IMG/VR virus record: IMGVR_UViG_3300012979_000040
Coordinates: 7,757-71,756 of that record
DNA from: a virus
Lineage: Duplodnaviria > Caudoviricetes
Length of the DNA: 64,000 nt
Strand: one strand, 5' to 3'
Positions 9,287-16,303 of the stretch are shown piece by piece. Positions within the stretch are counted from its first letter, which is position 1. The number at the start of each line of letters is the position of its first letter. The notes beneath the pieces are model-generated. The model saw only the letters and a program-made list of their open reading frames with translations, was not told the DNA's origin and made no database searches. Both the position numbers and the translations under genes were made by a program.

Positions 9287-9704
9287 TCTTATCACCACAT
9301 AAACTGAAGACTGAATAATCTGGGTCACGACCCTGTAATATATTCTTAAGTTCATCTTCTTTATAAACTCTGTTATTATAATCCTTATTCAATCTCTCGT
9401 ACATTTTATTTATTTCAGCACGTAACATTTCACGGCCACCATGTGACTGTAACTTCTGCTCGTTCTGCTTGAAGGTTCTCATGATCTCCCAATCATTATT
9501 AACCTTACGTCTCTCGCCTCTTAACTCATGTATAAGTTTAACGGCACGGTAACATTCACCAGTCTTAAGGGAATTGTTTTCAATATAGTGATTGATGTCA
9601 CTCAATCTACTATCCAGATTAGATTGCATAACTGGAATCTCATCAGCGTATTCTTCTATTTCAATAAGTAAATTTAAAACTTGTTCTATCTTTTCTTTTA
9701 GCAT
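9237..9704 (-). CDS. helical/coiled-coil hypothetical protein
   Basis: packed ORF with RBS GGAG. Confidence 0.75.
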   Translation of the reverse strand: MLKEKIEQVLNLLIEIEEYADEIPVMQSNLDSRLSDINHYIENNSLKTGECYRAVKLIHELRGERRKVNNDWEIMRTFKQNEQKLQSHGGREMLRAEINKMYERLNKDYNNRVYKEDELKNILQGRDPDYSVFSLCGDKNDDTESSEAVEICDGE

Positions 9705-9931
9705 CCTTTGTACTCCAGATAAAGAACATCATCCTTAAGGAAATCCTTCACGATCTTTAGGTTGTGTCTTGTCCCACCATACTCGAATGATGCTTGACCT
9801 ATGAGAATCCATAGGCCACAGCACCTTCCATCCCTAGTGATTTCGATCTGAGGATTCTTAAGTAGTTTCTTTAGTTCTCCTAATGTTCCTACAAAAGTAT
9901 ACTTCCCACTATTTATTAGTGTTTGCATCAT
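9698..9931 (-). CDS. hypothetical protein (77 aa)
   Basis: packed ORF. Confidence 0.6.
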   Translation of the reverse strand: MMQTLINSGKYTFVGTLGELKKLLKNPQIEITRDGRCCGLWILIGQASFEYGGTRHNLKIVKDFLKDDVLYLEYKGC

Positions 9932-10178
9932 CTACGATCATAACATCGTCTACATTAAGAATGTAGAACTCTCCTTCGCTCAATGTTACAACGCTAGCTG
10001 CATACATAGGGAACCAAACTAGTTCCCCTTCTCTGATTTCATCAACACTAGTTTTAAATACTTTACCTGAAATAATATCTTTACGATTCTGAGTTTCATT
10101 GTTAACACTTAAACCATTACCGAATGTAGTAGACTGAGATTCCAACTTAACTAATAGGTTATCATTTATAACTCTCAT
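9909..10178 (-). CDS. groES: GroES-like co-chaperonin (89 aa)
   Basis: MRVINDNLLVK, mobile-loop-like TTFGNGL, GKV...IREGELVWF-x-x-YA, FYILNVDDVM. Confidence 0.85.
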   Translation of the reverse strand: MRVINDNLLVKLESQSTTFGNGLSVNNETQNRKDIISGKVFKTSVDEIREGELVWFPMYAASVVTLSEGEFYILNVDDVMIVDDANTNK

Positions 10179-10387
10179 TAAATTATTCTCCCATCTTTGC
10201 TAATAGTTTCTAGCTTACTAACGATTTCAGTCTTGGTTAATTTCTTGCTGTTGTCTAAGATACCTTTTACTCCAGAAAGAACTCTGTTTAAAGTTATACG
10301 ATTACGATCTCTAGTGTTTTCGTAGTGTCTAACCTTATCTTCAAGCTCTTCGAAGTAATCTTTGTTCACTATTTTTAATCCGAACAT
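10178..10387 (-). CDS. hypothetical coiled-coil protein (69 aa)
   Basis: RBS GAGGTGAGG; first gene after the promoter at 10414-10442. Confidence 0.7.
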   Translation of the reverse strand: MFGLKIVNKDYFEELEDKVRHYENTRDRNRITLNRVLSGVKGILDNSKKLTKTEIVSKLETISKDGRII

Positions 10388-10413
10388 GTCATCCTCACCT
10401 CTCTTCTAACTTA

Positions 10414-10442
10414 ATTATACCACTTTCTACTATATAAGACAA
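10414..10442 (-). promoter_or_regulatory. sigma-A/70-type promoter for the GroES-MazG-GroEL block
   Basis: TTGTCT-17-TATAAT with TG extension. Confidence 0.75.
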
Positions 10443-10457
10443 GAGAAAAAGGAGATA

Positions 10458-12008
10458 TTATTCTTTATCCCCATCTCCATCTCCGTTCCCTTTACCAGTA
10501 TCAGTCTTAGGAGTTCCAGTATAAGTTCTATTAACAGCAGTCCAATCACCATCAGGAACTTTAGTGGAAGTACCAACCCAGTATCCAGGAATATAATCAG
10601 ACTTCTTATTAGCAGACCACACATATATTTGTCCATCATCTGTTTTAAGATATGTAGATCCATTATATGTTTTAATAGCTCCACCTGTTACACCTTGGTA
10701 GTTACCATTCTTATCTCGAATCATAGAAGGATAAGTCTTACCATTATATATTAGCTCACCATTATTCTTAAGGTTCTCACTGTATATAGAATTCTTGTTA
10801 AAGTTGATAACAGAGTTTGCTTCTGCCCAAGCAGCATTCGCAGAATCCTCAGCAGCATCTGCAGCTCTCTGTTGTTCAGTTAACATATCCTTTTGATATT
10901 GTTCTTGAACTTTATTCATGTATACAGTTTCTTCATACTCATATGTTGCAAGAGTCTTAACACCGGGGTACTCTACAGTTTTACCAGTTCTAGGATCTGT
11001 ATAAGATTTTTCAAATCCAAGGGAATCAAAGTAAGCATAGACAGCACCTCTTATATTCTCTGCTCTATCCTTTTGTTCTTGAGTAGCATTCGGATCATTA
11101 GCGATCTTATCTGCTAATTCCATTTGGATCATCATCTCACCAGCTTCAGGTGAAATATAGAATCCAGTACGATCAGCTTTTTGTAAAGCTAGGTTCTCTG
11201 CATCTTGATACATTTCAAGAGCAAGCTTATCTCTCTCAGCTTCGGCATACATTCTAGCTACACTTAATTGTGAATTCAAACCATACTCTTGTAGTTCAAA
11301 CTTGTTAAACATGTTAGCTTTAGTTTGAGCTTGCAAGAATTTTGTACGAGCTGCTTCACTTTCAATGTGACCTCCGCTCCATCCCATCTTATCTGCTGTT
11401 TGGTTAGCAGAGTAAGTTGCTGCAAGATACTCTTCCATAGCTTGAGCACCAGCAGCTCTGATCTCTTGCATTGATTTACTGTAGTCAGCTAGAACTTGAG
11501 CACGCTCTTGTTCATACACAGCTTGGCTACGTTGTGATGCAAGCTTGTTCCAAGAATAATCTTCAGTGTCTGTAGCTTTGTATTGGTTATCCATATTCAT
11601 TTTTGAATCCCAAGAAGCTGATGTAGTTGTTACACCTCTTACAGTATTCTGAGTTTCTATAGCTGAAGCTGCACTTTTGTCATCTCGTGGAGCTGTGTCG
11701 TAATTTGTTGTATTTCCTAGGTTATTTAGTATTCCAGAATTTGCATCGACATTCGGATTAGATGGGTTATTGCCCACTCGATGCAACAAATTTTCGGCTA
11801 TATTTGATGCATGATCCTGCTCTCCAACAACATTTGTAGGTGTGGCAGTTGGCATCTCAGATTTACCAGGGATGCTTGGTCTTGATGGTCCTTGGATCTC
11901 AACTTTAACACGATCTTGAAGAGGTGCTTCTTTTTCTACAGGAGCACTCTGCATATCTTGCACACTATTTAAAACTTCGTTCATTATTTTTATCTCCTTT
12001 CTTTCCAT
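10458..12008 (-). CDS. putative internal virion/ejection protein A (516 aa)
   Basis: Ala/Gln/Asn-rich helical protein; central block is paralogous to 11965-14214; function inferred. Confidence 0.6.
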   Translation of the reverse strand: MERKEIKIMNEVLNSVQDMQSAPVEKEAPLQDRVKVEIQGPSRPSIPGKSEMPTATPTNVVGEQDHASNIAENLLHRVGNNPSNPNVDANSGILNNLGNTTNYDTAPRDDKSAASAIETQNTVRGVTTTSASWDSKMNMDNQYKATDTEDYSWNKLASQRSQAVYEQERAQVLADYSKSMQEIRAAGAQAMEEYLAATYSANQTADKMGWSGGHIESEAARTKFLQAQTKANMFNKFELQEYGLNSQLSVARMYAEAERDKLALEMYQDAENLALQKADRTGFYISPEAGEMMIQMELADKIANDPNATQEQKDRAENIRGAVYAYFDSLGFEKSYTDPRTGKTVEYPGVKTLATYEYEETVYMNKVQEQYQKDMLTEQQRAADAAEDSANAAWAEANSVINFNKNSIYSENLKNNGELIYNGKTYPSMIRDKNGNYQGVTGGAIKTYNGSTYLKTDDGQIYVWSANKKSDYIPGYWVGTSTKVPDGDWTAVNRTYTGTPKTDTGKGNGDGDGDKE

Positions 12009-14214
12009 CTTTAATTAACATTGAGTCTAAAGTCTCGTTTGTTTCTAAATGCTCTCCCATTGTAGTAGTACCTACTGGTTTCTTTGTTTTAGATTTATCT
12101 GATGATTCTTTTTTATCCTTCTTCTTTGTTTCTTTTTTAGTAGTAGTAGTCGTAGTAGGAGGATTATGTAGTGAGTCTAGTACAGGATTTGAATCTAAGT
12201 GTGATCCCATCTTTGGAGATTCACCTTTTCCTCCTCTGGAACCTCCACCCATGGATCCTCCTCCACCGAAGGAACCTTTTCCTCCACTACCTTTACTAGG
12301 TTTTTTAATAACTTTAACATTGTCGTCTATTATATTAAAGTTACCATCCCTGTAATCCTCAAAGTCATCAAGTTCTTCATCAAGATAACCAGATACGTCA
12401 GTGTTGGGATTGAAGAATTCAGTGTATGTATTAGCATAAGGATTATCAGTTGGCTCATAATTACCATCAACTGCTTGAGTTGTGTACTCAATCATCTTTC
12501 CATTAGAATCAATTATGAATGTTGTTTCTTTACCATCAATAGTATATGTTAATGTTTGATTATCAACTACAAGTTGTTCATAGTTAAGAACATTGCTTTG
12601 TTGCCATCCAGTAAGGTCATTACCATCTGCACGTTTCCATACGAATTTACCATCACTTCCCATAGACATATATAGAAGTTTAGATTCGTCAGTTACTTCT
12701 TTCGCTACACCATCCTCATGTATTGCTATGTATGTTCTATTACCTTGGGCATCTTCTTTGTACATAATGATACCAGAATTTTTCTTATCTAGATCTACAT
12801 AACCATGGGCGATTCTATAACCTTTCTTTTCATAGTTAGTTATAGTCTTACCTTCTTTATCGTTGATACCTTTATAATGTTCTGGATTCTTAGTATAAGA
12901 TCCATCCATTTTAGAATAGTTTACGTTACTTCCAACATTTATTTTTGAGTTACCTCTTGTAACTAGTTCAGTATCTTTAAATGTGAACTGGCTAAAGTCA
13001 TCAAGACTATCTCCTTTACTTAATGTTATATCATTTATATTTGTTACCTGTTCAAATACTGGATCATCTTGTGTTCCTACGTTTACATAATATCTTATCT
13101 CACCATTATATAATACATAGTAAAGATTTTTATCAGAGTTGTTACCATACTTACCATCGTTGGCTGATATAGTACAACCTGTTTTAGGTACTTGATTAGT
13201 ATCTAACACACCTTTATTTTGTGATGCTGCTGCATCTATGGCTTTAGTTTGAGATTCGTTTTGATAAGCTTTGTTAAAGTCTCTTTCATAGTTTTCACCA
13301 AATAGAATCTTAAGACCTGATGATCCCATGATAGTCATGGCTGTCATTGGGTGGTCTTTAGCCCATTCTTTAACATCATCATAGCTTCCAAATTCTCCTT
13401 CCCATTCACTGCCACCGAATCCAATTACACCATCTTCATTTAGATCCATACCAGAATCTAATTCCCATTCTCTTAATTCATAGTCAGCCATCCTGTTACT
13501 GTAGTTTGCATTCTTTTGTGCATTGTTAGCTTTAGTTCTTTCAAGCTCTACTTCCATATCATAAAGAGCTTCTACTTCTCTGTTATGTCTTACTGTTTCC
13601 TCATAGTACATGTGACTTAATGTTTGTATACCACGTCTAGTAATATTGTTTGCATTGAACCAACTCTCACTAGCACGTACTACACTTTCTGCACGTGCAC
13701 GATCAACATCTGATATGTCATTACGTTTTAACTCTTCTTCTGCAGTAACCCATTGTGCTAGCATATAAGCAGCTTCGGGTGGCATATACCATCCAGTTAG
13801 ATCTGCTTCAGCAAGAGCTCTTTCTTGTGCAGCTTTATAATAACCATACATAGTTTCTAGTTTCTTTTCTTTAGCATAAGCTCTGGCATTAGCTAGATTC
13901 TGATCAAAGTAATACTTACCAATATCTAATTCGCTGTACATGTCTTCATTTAGTGTAGCTTCAAGAAAGCTTAACTGTGTATTGGCGTCACTGATAGCTC
14001 CAGCTATCCAAAGAGTACCTGTATCTGCGGGATTATAATCATAACTAGTATCTATCCAATCTTTAATTGCATTACCTTTAGAGTTATAATCATTTATTCT
14101 TTGTTGATCCATAGTCTGTGCAACAACTTGTTCTTGCGTAAGCTGTGGTTCAGCTGCTGGCATTTGCTGATCAACTATTTGATTAACCTCAGGTGTTAGG
14201 TTTTCTCCGTCCAT
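11965..14214 (-). CDS. putative internal virion/ejection protein B (749 aa)
   Basis: paralogous block (ADLTGWYMPPEA vs ADRTGFYISPEA; YEETV in both); Gly/Lys/Thr low-complexity tail. Confidence 0.6.
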   Translation of the reverse strand: MDGENLTPEVNQIVDQQMPAAEPQLTQEQVVAQTMDQQRINDYNSKGNAIKDWIDTSYDYNPADTGTLWIAGAISDANTQLSFLEATLNEDMYSELDIGKYYFDQNLANARAYAKEKKLETMYGYYKAAQERALAEADLTGWYMPPEAAYMLAQWVTAEEELKRNDISDVDRARAESVVRASESWFNANNITRRGIQTLSHMYYEETVRHNREVEALYDMEVELERTKANNAQKNANYSNRMADYELREWELDSGMDLNEDGVIGFGGSEWEGEFGSYDDVKEWAKDHPMTAMTIMGSSGLKILFGENYERDFNKAYQNESQTKAIDAAASQNKGVLDTNQVPKTGCTISANDGKYGNNSDKNLYYVLYNGEIRYYVNVGTQDDPVFEQVTNINDITLSKGDSLDDFSQFTFKDTELVTRGNSKINVGSNVNYSKMDGSYTKNPEHYKGINDKEGKTITNYEKKGYRIAHGYVDLDKKNSGIIMYKEDAQGNRTYIAIHEDGVAKEVTDESKLLYMSMGSDGKFVWKRADGNDLTGWQQSNVLNYEQLVVDNQTLTYTIDGKETTFIIDSNGKMIEYTTQAVDGNYEPTDNPYANTYTEFFNPNTDVSGYLDEELDDFEDYRDGNFNIIDDNVKVIKKPSKGSGGKGSFGGGGSMGGGSRGGKGESPKMGSHLDSNPVLDSLHNPPTTTTTTKKETKKKDKKESSDKSKTKKPVGTTTMGEHLETNETLDSMLIKDGKKGDKNNERSFK

Positions 14215-14232
14215 ATTGCACCTCCTATTCTA

Positions 14233-14910
14233 TTACATTGCTCCTAATTGTAACGGTGTTCCTTGCTCTGCACCTGGAACTTGTGTCTCAGGTATTGGCT
14301 GATCTTGTGGTAACATTGAATTAGCTTGCTCTCCACCATGTGGCATCATATCTTGAGGGTTTAGAGGTCTACGACCAGCTTGCCCTGTACCTTTTTGTGT
14401 TAGTCTTCTAATAGTTTCTTGTTCTCTAGGATCTAATTCTGCTAGCTTTGATTCTAGATCTGGTTGAGGTATTGGTTCTCTATCAAATTTACCTGTACCA
14501 AGATTGAATCCAGCTGTGATAGCTTGACGTACACTCATCCATCCATTAGGTGTTTGGATCTGCACGCTCTCAGGATCTTTAAGAGCTTTTTCCATTAATT
14601 GTCTACGATATTTATCGCTTTGTTTGCCATTCTTTTCTAGCATCTTAAGTAAATCTTTACCTGATTTTTTCTTTTCATTTTTTACTTCAGAAGATTTTTC
14701 AATCTCTAGTGTAGGATCTGCATCACTTGCACTAGGTGAATACATCATTTTTCTTAATGCTTCTTCTTCAGCTTCTTTATCTTTAGGTTCATCTTTTGGT
14801 GGTTCAACTGGTGCTCCTTGTTCAGTAGGCATTGCTCCTTCAGCAGGAACACCCTCCATACTTGCACCAACGTCTGGTAATCCTAAGACTTTGTTCTCTT
14901 CGTTTTGCAT
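14233..14910 (-). CDS. Pro/Gln/Glu-rich hypothetical protein, possibly virion-associated
   Basis: RBS AAAGGAGG; co-oriented with the two paralogs. Confidence 0.7.
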   Translation of the reverse strand: MQNEENKVLGLPDVGASMEGVPAEGAMPTEQGAPVEPPKDEPKDKEAEEEALRKMMYSPSASDADPTLEIEKSSEVKNEKKKSGKDLLKMLEKNGKQSDKYRRQLMEKALKDPESVQIQTPNGWMSVRQAITAGFNLGTGKFDREPIPQPDLESKLAELDPREQETIRRLTQKGTGQAGRRPLNPQDMMPHGGEQANSMLPQDQPIPETQVPGAEQGTPLQLGAM

Positions 14911-15134
14911 AATAAATATTCCTCCTTTAATATATTATTTTCTTCATCGATCACACCATGCTTCCTGGCAACACGTGCCATGATAGCATCTGATCTGTTG
15001 TTGGGATCGAAATCCCCTCTAGATATTTTTCTGGTGATGTATACAAGACTTCTATCTAGATGATTCTCCTTTGTATCATACTTGATCTTTTTCTTTTTGG
15101 GTCTCTTCACCCTCAGTTTCAATGGATCTCTCAT
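14883..15134 (-). CDS. basic hypothetical protein (start moved to ATG 15134)
   Basis: RBS AGGTGA; a promoter lies inside the longer ORF-track N-terminus. Confidence 0.6.
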   Translation of the reverse strand: MRDPLKLRVKRPKKKKIKYDTKENHLDRSLVYITRKISRGDFDPNNRSDAIMARVARKHGVIDEENNILKEEYLLCKTKRTKS

Positions 15135-15150
15135 TTTATCACCTATATAA

Positions 15151-15191
15151 ATTATACCATAGTAGAAAGTTTTACTCAATAATGGTATAAT
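15151..15191. promoter_or_regulatory. overlapping divergent sigma-A promoters
   Basis: - strand TTGAGT(15174-79)-17-TATAAT(15151-56); + strand TAGAAA(15163-68)-17-TATAAT(15186-91); both TG-extended. Confidence 0.75.
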
Positions 15192-15210
15192 ATAGTAGAA
15201 AGGAGAGACC

Positions 15211-15381
15211 ATGGGAGAAACTAAAGAGCACATTAAAGAATGGATCGAGAGAGAAGTACATGAAATCCACACGTCATATTATGCAGACATGGATGACTGT
15301 GAACTTCTACAATTATTAGAGCATGCACATAAGTTGCAAAGGTATATAGAAAAATTATTAGGGGGTGAGTATAATGACTAA
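15211..15381 (+). CDS. small hypothetical protein (56 aa, MGETKEHIKEW...; below the ORF-track cutoff)
   Basis: RBS AAGGAG after the + promoter; stop overlaps the TerS start. Confidence 0.65.
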   Translation: MGETKEHIKEWIEREVHEIHTSYYADMDDCELLQLLEHAHKLQRYIEKLLGGEYND

Positions 15382-16012
15382 GCGTGTGTTTGTACCTGAG
15401 ATAATCGAAACAAAAGAAAATCTCCTAAGTGCATTGCGTACTGGAGATATTAAAACTAGTAAATATAATTTATTAAATGAGGAAGAGAAACTCTTCGTAG
15501 AACTTGTAGTCTTCGGTGACTATACTGCTGAGCAAGCTGTTAAGTCTATCCGTGGAGCTAGCTATGTTAGAGGCCAAGGTACCAGAATGTGTGCCCGTCC
15601 TAATGTGGCCGAAGCTTTAGAAGAATTATCATATAAGAAAAATAAAAAGTTCATGGCTGAGATCTCTAGTGCTAGAGACATGGCCTTAAGAAAGTTACAG
15701 TACATAATGACTACAACAGAGGATGAGAGTGTGGCATTGGCTGCAGCTAAAGTTATACTTGATAGATCAGAGAAAGCTACTACAGAGAAAGAGGCCAGCA
15801 GTGTGGTTAATGCTATCCAGTTTAATATCCAAGCTGCTCCTAGAGTATTAGATAATCCAATGGATCCGAAGGTGGATACTGAGAAGGTAATTGAAATAGC
15901 TGGGATGGATGATCTTGAATCAAGTAAGCAAAGTAAATTAGAAAAAGCCACAGCAGGAACTGGGCTAGACTTTGTACTTAGTTACGAGCAAGTTGATAAT
16001 TATAAAGGATAG
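15374..16012 (+). CDS. terS: terminase small subunit-like protein
   Basis: LNEEEKLFVELVV...TAEQAV...GTRMCARPNVAEALEEL HTH-like signature, then a helical oligomerisation-like region. Confidence 0.7.
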   Translation: MTKRVFVPEIIETKENLLSALRTGDIKTSKYNLLNEEEKLFVELVVFGDYTAEQAVKSIRGASYVRGQGTRMCARPNVAEALEELSYKKNKKFMAEISSARDMALRKLQYIMTTTEDESVALAAAKVILDRSEKATTEKEASSVVNAIQFNIQAAPRVLDNPMDPKVDTEKVIEIAGMDDLESSKQSKLEKATAGTGLDFVLSYEQVDNYKG

Positions 16013-16021
16013 TGGTATAAT
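15993..16021 (+). promoter_or_regulatory. promoter of candidate sRNA-1
   Basis: TTGATA-17-TATAAT with TG extension, overlapping the terS 3' end. Confidence 0.7.
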
Positions 16022-16025
16022 TAAT

Positions 16026-16080
16026 GTAGTGATTGACTGCATCACTATATCATTCCTTTGGAGGCGAAAGCCTCTTTTTT
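16026..16080 (+). ncRNA. candidate small RNA 1 (~55 nt)
   Basis: promoter, 5' hairpin TAGTGAT/ATCACTA, ATCATTCCTTT anti-SD-like segment, then a terminator; no ORF. Confidence 0.5.
16060..16080 (+). terminator. Rho-independent terminator
   Basis: GAGGC-GAAA-GCCTC then TTTTTT. Confidence 0.9.
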
Positions 16081-16087
16081 ATTGCAC

Positions 16088-16150
16088 TAAAAAAGAGCCG
16101 TAGCTCTAAGGAGAATCAAATATAAAAAATATGTTCTCTAATCTGGTGCA
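16088..16150 (-). ncRNA. candidate small RNA 2 (~62 nt)
   Basis: promoter TTGCGA(16179-84)-17-TATAAT(16156-61) with TG extension; terminator AGAGC-TACG-GCTCT-TTTTT; contains 16 nt antisense to 4584-4599. Confidence 0.6.
16089..16107 (-). terminator. Rho-independent terminator (C-UACG-G loop)
   Basis: AGAGC-TACG-GCTCT then a T run on the - strand. Confidence 0.85.
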
Positions 16151-16164
16151 ATTTAATTATAACA

Positions 16165-16268
16165 TAAAAAGATTGCCTTCGCAATCCTTTTATGTGTTTG
16201 AAGATGACATTAGATTATCTCACAAACGAACAAGACCATTCAACCAAGAGCTGGATATTTTCATATCC
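16165..16268 (-). ncRNA. candidate small RNA 3 (~103 nt)
   Basis: TTGACA(16298-303)-17-TATAAT(16275-80); predicted +1 at G16268 begins the hairpin GGATAT-GAAA-ATATCC; ends in a terminator. Confidence 0.55.
16166..16187 (-). terminator. Rho-independent terminator, also ending the replication operon
   Basis: GATTGC-GAAG-GCAATC then TTTTT; T run also present on the + side. Confidence 0.85.
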
Positions 16269-16274
16269 ATTATA

Positions 16275-16303
16275 ATTATATCTTAAATATAATTACTTGT
16301 CAA
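16275..16303 (-). promoter_or_regulatory. consensus sigma-A promoter of candidate sRNA-3
   Basis: perfect TTGACA-17-TATAAT overlapping the primase stop region. Confidence 0.85.

Noticed and set aside
16131-16286. 51-aa + strand ORF (MFSNLVQF...) after AAGGAG at 16108
   Set aside because: SD-to-ATG spacing is 17 nt, it lies downstream of the + strand terminator, and it crosses two - strand promoter/terminator units; the antisense-RNA reading fits better, but this is the main alternative
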